Below are positions 11,524-25,680 of a DNA stretch of 64,000 bases, in pieces. Within the stretch, counting starts at the first letter, position 1, and the number at the start of each line of letters is the position of its first letter. The DNA lies in the NCBI GenBank assembly GCA_964016885.1, contig CAXHJY010000426.1, positions 12,531 to 76,530 on the forward strand, given 5' to 3'. The position numbers and the translations under genes are program-made. Source of the DNA: Eledone cirrhosa (lineage: Eukaryota). The notes under the pieces are model-generated. The model saw only the letters and a list, made by a program, of their open reading frames with translations. It had not been told where the DNA came from and did no database searches.

Positions 11524-14500
11524 CAGGTAACTTTAATAGGTATATTTCGCAATAATGTGATAGCTTCTGCAGAGTACATTGAGATTTGGGGTTTGGTACG
11601 AGAAATGCGGACGGTTTCAAGATCCTGGAATTCTGCATTGCCACTGATCTATCTATCTGTAACCCAGATTTCAAAGAACCTAACAATCTCTTGAACACCT
11701 GTAGATTAAGTGAACATGCCAGTCAAATAGATTTTACCCTTATCAAAAGACGAGATAGAGTGGTGGTTGTAAACATAAAGTCCCCCTCTGGTGAAGAATG
11801 TACCTCCCAACGTAACCTAGAAGTTAGCAATGTCATAGTTAGAGCTAGATGAACTCAGAGACAGAGAGCAACTTGGAGGAGAAGAATTTGGAAGTTAAAG
11901 AAGCCCTCAGCCAGTAATAGATTTAGAGGTATTTTACTTGATGCTTTTGACAGTAAGTAAGAACAAATAGGGGCATACAATATAGAGGAACAGTGGGAGT
12001 TCCGGAAAGATATTGATGATGGCCACAGTTAAGATCTGTGGCTGGAACATATCTCTAGGGAGAAGAGAGACTTGGTGGTGGAATAGTAGGCTGGATGAAA
12101 CAATTAAGACCATGAGACATGCATAGAAAGAATGGCAGAATGGGGAAAAATAGGAGAGAAACTAGTGACAAGTATACTTTGAAAGGGAAGCAGAAAATAA
12201 AAAAAATTGAAGATGTTTTGTGATGTGAGTACCAAAGATGTGAAGTGTTCAGTATTGTGAGATAGTGTGCCAGGGAAAATTGTGATGTTGTGGGGGAGAA
12301 ATGTGTCCCAGATGACAATGGTGCACTTGCACTCACTGATGCTGAACAGAAGGTGGCATGGAAGTGTCACAATGAGAGACTGATGAATGAGGAGAATAGA
12401 TAGGATAGTCTGCTCCAAATAGACCCAACAGAGGGACCAACATAGTAAGTAAAGCAATTAAGGATAGGAAGACAAAAAAATCTGAACCATCAATGATAGT
12501 TGTTGAGATGCTGTAAACCAAGTAATAGAAAATGGTGTCATACCCAATGAGGGGCGTAGCAGCATCATTGCCAACTGATATAACAACAAAAGTGAAAACA
12601 ATACAGGCATCAAGTTGATAGACCAGGTCATAAATATAACAGAAAGAGTTATAGTACAGCTGAAGCCCTCTTCTGCAAGAAGCAACTGCAGAATTACTTA
12701 GCTAAAAGTAAGCTGCGCTACTTGGCATTTGTTGACCTAGAGAAAGCTTTTGACAGGGTACCTTGATCCATAATCTGGTGGGCTCTTAGAAAACTAGGAG
12801 TAGATGAGTGGCTTGTGAAGGCTGTGTAAGCCATGTATAGAGGAGCAGTCAGCAACTTTAGAATTAACAATGACTATAATGAAGAATTTAGTGTGCAGGT
12901 AGGAGTCCATCAGGGCTCTGTTCTTAGCCTTGTGAGGTGGTCGCGCTGCTAACATAAGAAGCAGCACCCAGTCAATCCTTCAAGGTGGCAGTGCTGGTGA
13001 TACGCCAAAATGCGCCCAATCTAACCTGTAAAGTGGTTGAATTGGTGACAACGAAAAAACACTCAATCCACCCTGTTAGATGGTCATTCTGGTGCCACGA
13101 TAAAATGCAACCAATCCACACTGTAATGTGGTTAGTGTTAGGAAGAGCATCCAGCTGTAGAAACCAAGACAAAATATAAATCCATATGAGTAACATATGG
13201 TCACCTGACCTGACTTGTTTCATAATGTAGTAACCTATCTAACCCATGGAAAAATAGATGTTAAGCAGTGATGATGGCAACTAAATATAAAGTGTTCATT
13301 GGTACTCGGAATCTCGTGTGGTACACAATTAATCTCACATGCACCATTAACCTTCTGCCTTTTCGTAAATATAAATACTTCCTGGCTCTTGTTTGCTGTT
13401 GCTTATGATTCAATATGGATAAGTTTTTTAAAAACTATTTTGATCTAGGGGAGGCAACTCTTGTGTAAAAAATATTTTTCCCCTTTTTTATCCAATATAA
13501 TTGTTTTCATGATACAGAATGTTAGTTCAAGAAGAATTTTCATTCAGTATTCAGTTGATTTTCTTAGTTTTCTAAGAGTCCATCAGGGCTCTGTTCTTAG
13601 CCCCCTCCTAATTATTATCTTCCTGTAGGCTAGAATGGAAGAGTTTAAAACTGGCTGCCCATGGGAACCCCTAAATGCAGATGATCTAACCCTCATAATC
13701 GAATCTACAGCAGAATAAGAGAGGACAATCCTGACTTGAAAGCATAGATTAGAAGCAAAAGATCTTAAAGTGAACTTGAAAAAGACTAAAGTCCTAGTAA
13801 GTAGAAAGGGAGCAGGGCCCAGATGCTGCCAGAGAAATAGCCTTGTTCAGTGTTCAGGGAAGAAGCAGGTAGAAATTCCACCCTATGTCCCAAATGCAAA
13901 CTATGAGTATACAAGAGATATAGTGGGATCACAAAAGGTTTTTTTCTTCAAAATGAAAGGCAGATTGTATGATGTGTGTGTATATGAACAGCAATGCTGC
14001 ATGGTAGTGAGACATGGGCAATATTTGCAGAGAAGCTAAGAAGATTGGAAAGAAATGAAGCTTGCATGCTTCGATCATCATCATCATCATCGTTTAACGT
14101 CTATCTTCCACGCTAGACTGGGTTTAGATGGATGTGTAATAGTAGTGTGCATGAATACAACGCATCATTGAACTGAGAGAGAAACTAGGCATAACAGGAG
14201 TCAGATGCAGTTTGTAGGAGAGGAGATTGTGGTGGTATAGACCTGTGGAAGACCAGGAAAGCTTGAGAAGAAGTGATAAAAGCTGACATTGTCCAATTAA
14301 ACCTCACAAAGGAGATGGCACAGGATCGAGAGCTCTAGTGTCATGCTGTACTACAGAAGACCCACCTTCCCATGTACACAAAATGAAATGAAACAAACAT
14401 ATAGAGGATACAATAGTCTGTACCAATCTTCTCTTCACCCCTCCTCATTCACTCTCCCCACACCAGCTAAATATCCCACCAACTCATCAATGTCAAACTT

Positions 14501-14950
14501 GCTTACTTTTCTACCCCCTTCAAACTCTCAACCCTGATATACCTTGAATGCCCAACCCATGCATATAAAGCATGAAAAATGGACATGCTCTACATCTTAT
14601 CTCCCACAATGCCATTACCATGACAAAAAGCACTCAATTCACCCTGTAAGGGGGTCATATTGGTGGCACGATAAAAAAGACCCCATCCACCCTGTATTGT
14701 GGTCATGCTGGTGACATGACAAAAGGCAGCCAGTCTACCCTGTAAAGTGGTTGCAATTGTGACACAACAAAAAGCACCCAGTCCACACTAACATTGTTGG
14801 TGTGAGGAAAGACATCTAACTTTAGAAACCAAGCCAAAATACAGATCTGTATAAGCATGTCATGGTCACCTGACGTGTCTCATAACAGGCAACTAATCTA
14901 ACCCATGCACGCATGGAAAAATAGACATTAAATGATGATGATGATGATAA
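11524..14950 (+). mobile_element. Old degenerate RTE LINE (APE endonuclease to 3' UTR), interrupted at 12930-13575
   Basis: [52 protein letters not shown]; many stops; ends aaatgatgatgatgatgat near 14948. Confidence 0.9.
12930..13575 (+). mobile_element. 646-bp insertion: RTE-tailed element plus ~300 bp unique sequence, with a 27-bp flanking duplication
   Basis: gagtccatcagggctctgttcttagcc at 12903-12929 and 13576-13602. The RTE-type tail ends near 13276. Confidence 0.75.
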
Positions 14951-15126
14951 ATATCCAGTTGTCTTAAGAATCAATGAAAAAATGTTAAATGTAGTGTATC
15001 CAATGTATTTCACATATATATACACACACTTTATATATACACACACTTTATATATACACACTATATATATACACACTATATATACACACACTTTATATAT
15101 ACTTGCCAAATATTTAGTTGCCACCA

Positions 15127-15200
15127 ACTTACTAACCAGAATAAGAACAATTTTCTTAACTCACCTGAAAAAAAAAAAAAATAAAATAAAATAAATAATA
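15127..15200 (-). promoter_or_regulatory. Candidate recursive splice site (polyY-CAG|GTGAGT) with a 32-nt cryptic exon
   Basis: Minus strand: long T tract, cAG|GTGAGT with junction at 15165/15164; second donor GTAAGT at 15132-15127. Confidence 0.5.
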
Positions 15201-15447
15201 ATACATTGAGGATATAAACAAACAACGTAACAAGATTTAATGGAATACTGTTTGGAGAGTAAAATATAATTGTGTAAAAATTTTAAAAATTATTAACTTT
15301 CAAAAGACTATTTTTTGTCTTAAAGAGAGAGGAAGAGCTGGACCTATGAATTTTTGCAGGGATTTTAAGACTGGTGGCAGTAGAGGACGAAGAAATTGTG
15401 TCTCATGGGTCATGTTCAGATCGGAGACTTGATGGTGTGGGACAAAA

Positions 15448-16460
15448 TGATCAGTTCAGACCAAGGAAACAATGTTTCCATTGGTCTTTCCATTGTTGAT
15501 ACTATCTGTCAGTCACAACTACTGGCAGTAGAAAGGAGCTGATCATCAGATCAGACCAAGGAAACAATGTTTCTATTTGTCTTTCTATTGTTGATACTAT
15601 CTGCCAGACACAACTCCTGGCAGTAGAAAGGAGCTGATCATCAGATCAGACCAGGGAAACAATGTTTCTATTGGTCTTTCCATTACTGATACTATCTGTC
15701 AGTCACAACTACTGGCAGTAGAAAGGAGCTGATCATCAGATCAGACCAAGGAAACAATGTTTCTATTGGTCTTTCCATTACTGATACTATCTGTCAGTCA
15801 CAACTCCTGGCAGTAGAAAGGAGCTGATCATCAGATCAGACCAAGGAAACAATGTTTCTATTGGTATTTCCATTACTGATACAATCTGTCAGTCACAACT
15901 CCTGGCAGAAGAAAGGAGCTGATCATCAGATCAGACCAAAGAAACAATGTTTCTATTGGTCTTTCCATTACTGATACTATCTGTCAGTCACAACTACTGA
16001 CAGAAGAAAGGAGCTGATCATCAGATCTGACCAAGGAAACAATGTTTCTATTGGTCTTTCTATTGTTGATACTATCTGTCAGTCACAACTACTGGCAGTA
16101 GAAAGGAGCTGATCATCAGATCAGACCAAGGAAACAATGTTTCTATTGGTCTTTCCATTACTGATACTATCTGTCAGTCACAACTACTAGCAGTAGAAAG
16201 GAGCTGATCATCAGATCAGACCAAGGAAACAATGTTTCTATTGGTCTTTCTATTGTTGATACTATCTGTCAGTCACAACTCCTGACAGAAGAAAGGAGCT
16301 GATCATCAGATCAGACCAAGGAAACAATGTTTCTATTGGTCTTTCCATTACTGATACTATCTGTCAGTCACAACTACTGATAGAAGGAGCTGATCATCAG
16401 GTCAGACCAAAGAAACAATGTTTCCATTGTATATACTATCTATCAGTGACAAGTCCTGAG
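15448..16460. repeat. Minisatellite, 95-bp unit, ~10.5 copies
   Basis: Unit ggcagtagaaaggagctgatcatcagatcagaccaaggaaacaatgtttctattggtctttccattactgatactatctgtcagtcacaactact; 190 bp per two units (15541 vs 15731). Confidence 0.96.
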
Positions 16461-17199
16461 AGATGTGTACCCCAGAATTGACAGAGCCAAATCAGCTACC
16501 ACAACCTGCCCAACCTATTCTTTAACAATCCACCAATCTGAACATATAGTTTCTTTATTGACTCTGAAATTATGAAAGTCAAAGTTGACTTCAGTGCAGT
16601 GAGTGAGAACCAATAGCAAGCCATATAACAGAGTCTGAAGAAATATCAATATGAACCTTCTAGAATGAAGAAATAACATAAATACATTATCTTTTAGTCT
16701 TTCACTGTCATAAATTCATATCATCTATCTTACCCTCCCCACATATATACACAAGGCAAACCTGTCTTTGATAAGATATTGGGAATGTTCTCTGGATAAG
16801 AATAGTTATTGGGAGGGTGATATAGAAGACTAGGGAATGGGTTTGCTGCTAATATGGAAATAAGCAGCCTTAATCCCAGTCTAAGCCATCAATGACCCTT
16901 AGACAAAGCCTAGCACTTGGAAGCCACCCTGCCACAGTTACGCAATGCCATATGTTTGCAGTGTGGTGTATGATGAACTATGGCAGATGTATTCAAGTCA
17001 GAATCAGTAGGGTATCTCATCTGATGTAGAATGAAAGAACCTCTTTGGTCAATGGCTACGATCACAAAAATTAGTCAAAGAACTACTGCAATTCATCTAC
17101 ATGTGTGCGTCCACAGGTGAGAAAATAGCCAATGAAAGATTAACATGACTGAAGCTCAAGTCAGGGGCTTGTATCACATCACCCATCACATAGGTCAAC

Positions 17200-18390
17200 A
17201 AAGGGCATGTTCAGTTGAAGTACTGACTCCAGCCACAGTGTTCAAAAAATTATCCACAAAGTCAAAATGAAAACCAATCCTACTTAAATGCAAAAAACAC
17301 CTTGCCATATCAACCTTCAACGTCTGTACCTTGACTACAATCAACCAACTACCAGAACTTACCGCAACTGCTGTTAAACAAAATGCTGACATACCAGGGT
17401 GAACTTGAACTTAAATATCTTGACACTGGAAAGGGATGGACTTTTATATCAGAATCTACATGGAAAATCTCAACAACACTATCATACGTGTGGGAATGCT
17501 TCTTAGTTTACTTGCTTTAAATTCAAGCTCCAGCAACTCTTTGGCAAATCCAGAAGGCGTTTTAGTAAGAAATCTCAAAGCAGTTCTTCAGTTTGTAAAT
17601 TTCTCGAAGACTTTCAACTCCATACACTGAGACAAAATGGCAGAAATACTCATGGCATATGACATACTGAAAGAAACTGTCACCGCAATAATGATGCTGT
17701 AGAAAGGTAGCCACACCATGGTATGATCTGCAGATGGTGATACACAGTCTTTCAGCATGTCGCTGGCATTCTGAAGAGTGATACACTGGCACCCTGCTCA
17801 TTTATAATCAGGATGGATTATGTACTTTGAATATTAATTGACAAGATGAAACAACAGCTTCACCCGGAAACCACTGAGAAGCAGATGCTATCCAACCAAG
17901 ATCATTACTGATGCTGACTCTGCAGATGATATTGTAATGATATCAGATATAGTACACAAATGAGAATCACTGCTACACAGTTTGGAGATGGAGGTTAAAG
18001 GCAATGGAATCTGTGGAAATGAAGTAAAGGCAGAATACATATCTTTCAACCAGGATGGCATCATAAACTCACTAGTCGGTAAACCTCTGAAAGAAGACCA
18101 GGTCATTTATCTAGGAGGCAAGATCTGAAACTAGATCTCACTACAAATGACATAAACACATACATGGACAAAGCTTGCACTGCCTTGAATAAGCTGACAA
18201 TTTGGGAATTGAAGCTCTCCAAAACAAATAAAACAAATTCTTTCAAGCGACAATGCAGTCGGTTTTGCTGTACAGGAGTGCTATGTGAACACTCACTAAG
18301 CAGCTTGAGAAGAAGCTAGATGGAATATACACAAGAATGTTCAGAGTGGCTTTAAAAATATCCTAGTGGCAGCACTCTGATGGCCATTTA
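17200..18390 (+). mobile_element. Highly degenerate, internally deleted RTE-group LINE of a different family
   Basis: Fragments LAISTFNVCTL (APE start), FVNFSKTFNSIH, DTLAP-like, ITDADSADDIVMISD, KLDGIYTRMFRVAL. Confidence 0.7.
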
Positions 18391-18605
18391 CCTGTAATAT
18401 ATCATACCATCTCTACAACCATCTACCTGTAATATATCATACCATCTCTACAACCATCTACCTGTAATATACCATCTCTACAACAATCTACCAGTAATAT
18501 ACCATCTCTACAACCATCTATCTGTAATATACCATCTCCACAACCATCTACCTGTAATATACCATCTCTACAACCATCTACCTGTAATATATCATACTAT
18601 CTCCA
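18390..18605. repeat. Short tandem repeat, ~30-bp unit, ~7 copies
   Basis: ctacctgtaatataccatctctacaaccat repeats at the end of the LINE remnant. Confidence 0.9.
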
Positions 18606-18609
18606 GACA

Positions 18610-21600
18610 GAACCTACAGTAAACTGCTATGTAAGGGTATTGAGTGGAATATGTAGGACCAAGACAGAGATATATCTACAATGGTAGACCACAGAACCTA
18701 CATTAAACAGTGTAATATGTAGGACCAAGACATAGATATAGCTACAGTTGTAGACCACAGAACCTACATTAAACAGTGGAATATGTAGGACCAAGATATA
18801 GATATACCTACAGTGGTAGACAACACAGAACCTACATTAAACAGTGGAATATGTAGGACCAGGACAGAGATATATCTACATTAGTAGACCACACAGAACC
18901 TACATTAAACAGTGGAATATGTAGGACCAAGACAGAGATATATCTACAATGGTAGACCACAGAACCTACATTAAACAGTGTAATATGTAGGACCAAGACA
19001 GAGATATATCTACATTAGTAGACCACACAGAACCTACATTAAACAGTGGAATATGTAGGACCAAGACAGAGATATACCTACAGTGGTAGACCACACAGAA
19101 CCTACATTAAACAGTGGAATATGTAGGACTAAGACAGATATACCTACACTGGTAGACCACACAGAACCTACATTAAACAGTGGAATATGTAGGACCAAGA
19201 CAGAGATATACCTACAGTGGTAGACCACAGAACCTACATTAAACAGTGGAATATGTAGGACCAAGACAGAGATATACCTACAGTGGTAGACCACAGAACC
19301 TACATTAAACAGTGGAATATGTAGGACCAAGACAGAGATATACCTACATTAGTAGACCACACAGAACCTACATTAAACAGTGGAATATGTAGGACCAAGA
19401 CAGATATATACCTACATTGGTAGACCACAGAACCTACATTAAACAGTGGAATATGTAGGACCAAGATATAGATATAGCTACATTGGTAGACCACACAGAA
19501 CTTACATTAAACAGTGGAATATGTAGGACCAAGATATAGATATACCTACATTGGTAGACCACACAGAGCCTACATTAAACAGTGGAATATGTAGGACCAA
19601 GGCAGAGATATACCTACAGTGGTAGACCACACAGAACCTACATTAAACAGTGGAATATGTAGGACCAAGACAGAGATATACCTACAGTGGTAGACCACAG
19701 AACCTACATTAAACAGTGGAATATGTAGGACCAAGACAGAGATAAACCTACAGTGGTAGACCACACAGAACCTACATTAAACAGTGGAATATGTAGGACC
19801 AAGACATAGATATATCTACATTGGTAGACCACACAGAACCTACATTAAACAGGGGAATATGTAGGACAAAGACAGAGATATACCTACAGTGGTAGACCAC
19901 ACAGAGCCCTCATTAAACAGTGGAATATGTAGGACCAAGACAGAGATATACCTACATTAGTAGACCACACAGAACCTACATTAAACAGTGGAATATGTAG
20001 GACCAAGACATAGATATACCTAGATTGGTAGACCACACAGAACCTACATTAAACAGTGGAATATGTAGGACAAAGACAGAGATATACCTACAGTGGTAGA
20101 CCACAGAACCTACATTAAACAGTGGAATATGTAGGACAAAGACAGAGATATACCTACAGTGGTAGACCACACAGAACCTATATTAAACAGTGGAATATGT
20201 AGGACCAAGACAGATATACCTACAGTGGTAGACCACAGAACCTACATTAAACAGTGGAATATGTAGGACCAAGATATAGATATACCTACATTGGTAGACC
20301 ACACAGAGCCTACATTAAACAGTGGAATATGTAGGAACAAGACAGAGATATACCTACAGTGGTAGACCACAGAACCTACATTAAACAGTGGAATATGTAG
20401 GACCAAGACATAGATATACCTACAGTGGTAGACCACACAGAACCTACATTAAACAGTGGAACATGTAGGACCAAGACATAGATATACCTACATTGGTAGA
20501 CCACACAGAACCTACATTAAACAGTGGAATATGTAGGACCAAGACAGAGATATATCTACATTGGTAGACCACACAGAACCTACATTAAACAGTGGAATAT
20601 GTAGGACCAAGACAGAGATATACCTACATTGGTAGACCACACAGAACCTACATTAAACAGTGGAATATGTAGGACCAAGACATAGATATATCTACATTGG
20701 TACACCACAGAACCTACATTAAACAGTGGAATATGTAGGACCAAGATATAGATATACCTACAGTGGTAGACCACACAGAACCTACATTAAACAGTGGAAT
20801 ATGTAGGACAAAGACATAGATATAGCTACATTGGTAGACCACAGAACCTACATTAAACAGTGAAATATGTAGGACCAAGACAGAGATATACCTACATTGG
20901 TAGACCACAGAACCTACATTAAACAGTGGAATATGTAGGACCAAGACAGATATACCTACAGTGGTAGACCACAGAACCTACATTAAACAGTGGAATATGT
21001 AGGACCAAGACAGATATACCTACAGTGGTAGACCACACAGAACCTACATTAAACAGTGGAATATGTAGGACCAAGACAGAGATATACCTACATTGGTAGA
21101 CCACACAGAACCTACATTAAACAGTGGAATATGTAGGACCAAGACAGAAATATATCTACAATGGTAGACCACAGAACCTACATTAAACAGTGGAATATGT
21201 AGGACCAAGACATAGATATACCTACATTGGTAGACCACACAGAACCTACATTAAACAGTGGAATATGTAGGACCAAGACAGAGATATATCTACATTGGTA
21301 GACCACAGAACCTACATTAAACAGTGGAATATGTAGGACCAAGACATAGATACATCTACATTGGTAGACCACACAGAACCTACATTAAACAGTGGAATAT
21401 GTAGGACCAAGACATAGATATACCTAGATTGGTAGACCACACAGAACCTACATTAAACAGTGGAATATGTAGGACAAAGACAGAGATATACCTACAGTGG
21501 TAGACCACAGAACCTACATTAAACAGTGGAATATGTAGGACAAAGACAGAGATATATCTACATTGGTAGACCACACAGAACCTACATTAAACAGTGGAAT

Positions 21601-23367
21601 ATGTAGGACCAAGACATAGATATACCTAGATTGGTAGACCACACAGAACCTACATTAAACAGTGGAATATGTAGGACCAAGACAGAGATATACCTACAGT
21701 GGTAGACCACAGAACCTACATTAAACAGTGGAATATGTAGGACAAAGACAGAGATATACCTACATTGGTAGACCACAGAACCTACATTAAACAGTGGAAT
21801 ATGTAGGACCAAGACATAGATATATCTACATTGGTACACCACAGAACCTACATTAAACAGTGGAATATGTAGGACCAAGATATAGATATACCTACAGTGG
21901 TAGACCACACAGAACCTACATTAAACAGTGGAATATGTAGGACAAAGACATAGATATAGCTACATTGGTAGACCACAGAACCTACATTAAACAGTGAAAT
22001 ATGTAGGACCAAGACAGAGATATACCTACATTGGTAGACCACAGAACCTACATTAAACAGTGGAATATGTAGGACCAAGACAGATATACCTACAGTGGTA
22101 GACCACAGAACCTACATTAAACAGTGGAATATGTAGGACCAAGACAGATATACCTACAGTGGTAGACCACACAGAACCTACATTAAACAGTGGAATATGT
22201 AGGACCAAGACAGAGATATACCTACATTGGTAGACCACACAGAACCTACATTAAACAGTGGAATATGTAGGACCAAGACAGAAATATATCTACAATGGTA
22301 GACCACAGAACCTACATTAAACAGTGGAATATGTAGGACCAAGACATAGATATACCTACATTGGTAGACCACACAGAACCTACATTAAACAGTGGAATAT
22401 GTAGGACCAAGACAGAGATATATCTACATTGGTAGACCACAGAACCTACATTAAACAGTGGAATATGTAGGACCAAGACATAGATACATCTACATTGGTA
22501 GACCACACAGAACCTACATTAAACAGTGGAATATGTAGGACCAAGACATAGATATATCTACATTGGTAGACCACACAGAACCTACATTAAACAGTAGAAT
22601 ATGTAGGACCATGACAGAGATATCTACATTGGTAGACCACACAGAGCCCTCATTAAACAGTGGAATATGTAGGACCAAGACAGAGATATACCTACATTAG
22701 TAGACCACACAGAACCTACATTAAACAGTGGAATATGTAGGACCAAGACATAGATATACCTAGATTGGTAGACCACACAGAACCTACATTAAACAGTGGA
22801 ATATGTAGGACAAAAACAGAGATATATTACAGTGGTAGACCACAGAACCTACATTAAACAGTGGAATATGTAGGACAAAGACAGAGATATACCTACAGTG
22901 GTAGACCACACAGAACCTATATTAAACAGTGGAATATGTAGGACCAAGACAGATATACCTACAGTGGTAGACCACAGAACCTACATTAAACAGTGGAATA
23001 TGTAGGACCAAGACAGAGATATATCTACATTGGTAGACCACACAGAACCTACATTAAACAGTGGAATATGTAGGACCAAGACATAGATATACCTAGATTG
23101 GTAGACCACACAGAACCTACATTAAACAGTGGAATATGTAGGACCAAGACAGAGATATACCTACAGTGGTAGACCACAGAACCTACATTAAACAGTGGAA
23201 TATGTAGGACAAAGACAGAGATATACCTACAGTGGTAGACCACAGAACCTACATTAAACAGTGGAATATGTAGGACCAAGACATAGATATACCTACATTG
23301 GTAGACCACACAGAACCTACATTAAACAGTGGAATATGTAGGACCAAGACATAGATATACCTACATT
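18610..23367. repeat. Minisatellite, 64-68-bp unit, ~70 copies, with higher-order duplication
   Basis: Unit agaacctacattaaacagtggaatatgtaggaccaagacagagatatacctacagtggtagaccac(ac). Variant patterns recur at a 1134-bp offset. Confidence 0.97.
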
Positions 23368-23580
23368 CTTACATGGTAGTGAGACATGGGTAGTTAATGT
23401 AGAGGATGTGTGAAGGGTAGACTGCATGATGTCTGTATTACATGGTAGTGAGACATGGGTAGTTAATGTAGAGGATGTGTGAAGGGTAGATTGTATGATG
23501 TCTGTGTATGTTACATGGTAGTGAGACATGGGTAGTTAATGTAGAGGATGTTTGAAGGGTAGACTGTATGATGTCTCTGT
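23368..23580 (+). repeat. Triplicated ~70-bp RTE coding fragment (LHGSETW motif)
   Basis: ttacatggtagtgagacatgggtagttaatgtagaggatgtgtgaagggtagactg(c/t)atgatgtct occurs three times. Confidence 0.85.
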
Positions 23581-23599
23581 ATGCAGTGTGACATATTTA

Positions 23600-24260
23600 C
23601 ATACCAGTACACCATACCACCACCAATCCACCACTACACCATACCATCACCAATCCACCACTACAACATACCACCACCACTACACCATTCCACCACTACA
23701 ACATACCACCACTACACCATGACAACATACCACGACCACTACAATATACCACCACCATTACACCATACCACCACTACTACACCATTCCACCACTACAACA
23801 TACCACCACTACACCATGACAACATACCACCACCACTACACCCTTCCACCACAACAACATACCACCACTACACCATTCCACCACTACAACATACCACCAC
23901 GACAACATACCACCACCACTACACCCTTCCACCACCACCACCAATCCACCACTACACCATTCCATCACAACAACATACCACCACCATTACATCATACCAC
24001 CACAACAACATACCACCACCACTACACCATTCCACCACAACAACATACCACCACCACTACACCCATACCACCACCACTACACCATTCCACCACAACAACA
24101 TACCACCACCATTACACCATACCACCACTACACCATGACAACATACCACCGCCACTACACCATGACAACATACCACCGCCACTACACCATTCCACCACTA
24201 CACCATTTCACCACGACAACATACCACCACCATACCACCAACATTCAACTACTACCCAAC
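23600..24260. repeat. Low-complexity (CAC/CAT/CAA)n region
   Basis: Degenerate accaccactacaccat/acaacat repeats that produce the His/Thr/Pro ORFs. Confidence 0.9.
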
Positions 24261-25680
24261 AAGAGAGTACTAATAAACATGATTTAGAATATAGCACAAT
24301 GGAAAGCATCCAGCAGCTAGCTAACTCCATACACCAGAGTATAACAGTAACTATCAACTACCCTTCCAAATACCCTAACAGTAGACTACTTGTATTAGAC
24401 ACGGAACTCAGGTTAAACACTATAGATGAGAGGGCCCAAATTCTCCACTCACATTATGCTAAACCCATGGCCTCCAAGTACTTTATACTCAAAAACTCAG
24501 CAATGTCCAATAGTGCTAAGTTTAATATTCTGATCGCAAACTTGTTAAGAGTGTTGAAGAATGTGTCCCGCATGTGTGACCCAACTGAAATGGAAAGACA
24601 TATCCAACACTTCATCAACCGCATGCAGTTCTCTGGCTACAACTAAAGAGACAGAATCAGAGTATACAAAGGAGCCACGGAGAAATATAAGACCCTCATA
24701 GAACTGGATTAAAGGGATTTGCCCATTATAGAGGAGAAAATCATGGAATAGCTTAGATAGGACTAAACATAAGATAGGGAAAGCCACCTCATGGTTCGAC
24801 AACCAGAGATACCAGAGTGTCATGTTCGTGGATGCTACCCCTGGAAGGAAATTAGCTAAGCAATGTAGAAAGGCCCTAAGAAAGACCTATCTAAAGATTA
24901 AAGTGGTAGAAAAGCCAGGAACTACCATAAAATCCCTGATCAGCAACTGAGATAGAACTAAGAAAACGGAAGTTAAACAGAAAAAAGAATGGAATAACAA
25001 CAACAACCATACCCACACAAACAATATTGACCTAAGGGAAATATAAATAAATAAATATATACACAAGTACAATAACAACAAATACATATAAACACACACT
25101 AGTGAACAAAGAATATGAAAACAAAAACACATACACTCAAACGCGAACACACACACAAACGCATGCGCAAACAGAGACAGAGACAAGAATAAATAAATAA
25201 ATTAATTAAATAAAAATGGTGTAGACATTACAATACTAGACCTGAAAAATGCGCAAGCTCAAAAGAGCCACAGAATGTTATAATAAACCTTCAAAAGTGT
25301 GGGACTAGAGTTGTTGCTCAAAAATATTGTAATCATTATCTATCGTACACTCTGTGGCATCCTTTTATAAAAAAGAGACTCATAACGAACTCAAGACGAC
25401 ACGATAATTATTTAAGCTAATGTTCAATATCTCATATTAGATGTTTAGTAATGATTAATACGAAATGCACTTAAACCGAATTCTATATTATAAATTCATT
25501 TAAATAATTATCATGTCATCTTGAGTTCATTATGAGTCTCTTCTTTAAAAAAGGATGCCACAGAGTGTACAAAAGATAATGATTACAATATTTTTGAGCA
25601 ACAACTCTAGTCCCACACTTTTGAAGGTTTATTATAACATTCTGTGGCTCTTTTGAGCTTGCGCAGTTTTCAAGTCTAGT
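24261..25680 (+). mobile_element. PLE fragment (RT thumb region, probably Neptune-type) with terminal inverted repeat
   Basis: YPSKYPNSRLLVLDT..HYAKPMAS..KNSAMS..LLRVLKNVS..FINRMQFSGY, then VMFVDATPG..LKIKVVEKPGTTIKSL. Inverted arms 25235-25415 and 25500-25680. Confidence 0.7.

Noticed and set aside
15448-16460. 95-bp array as a tandem hammerhead retrozyme (minus strand has CTGATGA and GAAAgacc..ggtcT)
   Set aside because: The cleavage position would be G, stem I has no room, and stem II does not close next to GAAA.
1921-23367. Regular arrays (82, 48, 95, ~67 bp) as CRISPR arrays
   Set aside because: Units are head-to-tail with no unique spacers, there are no cas genes, and the context is eukaryotic.
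23581-24260. His/Pro/Thr-rich protein ORFs
   Set aside because: Low-complexity CAC repeat open in several frames; the only real coding signal is the downstream PLE fragment.
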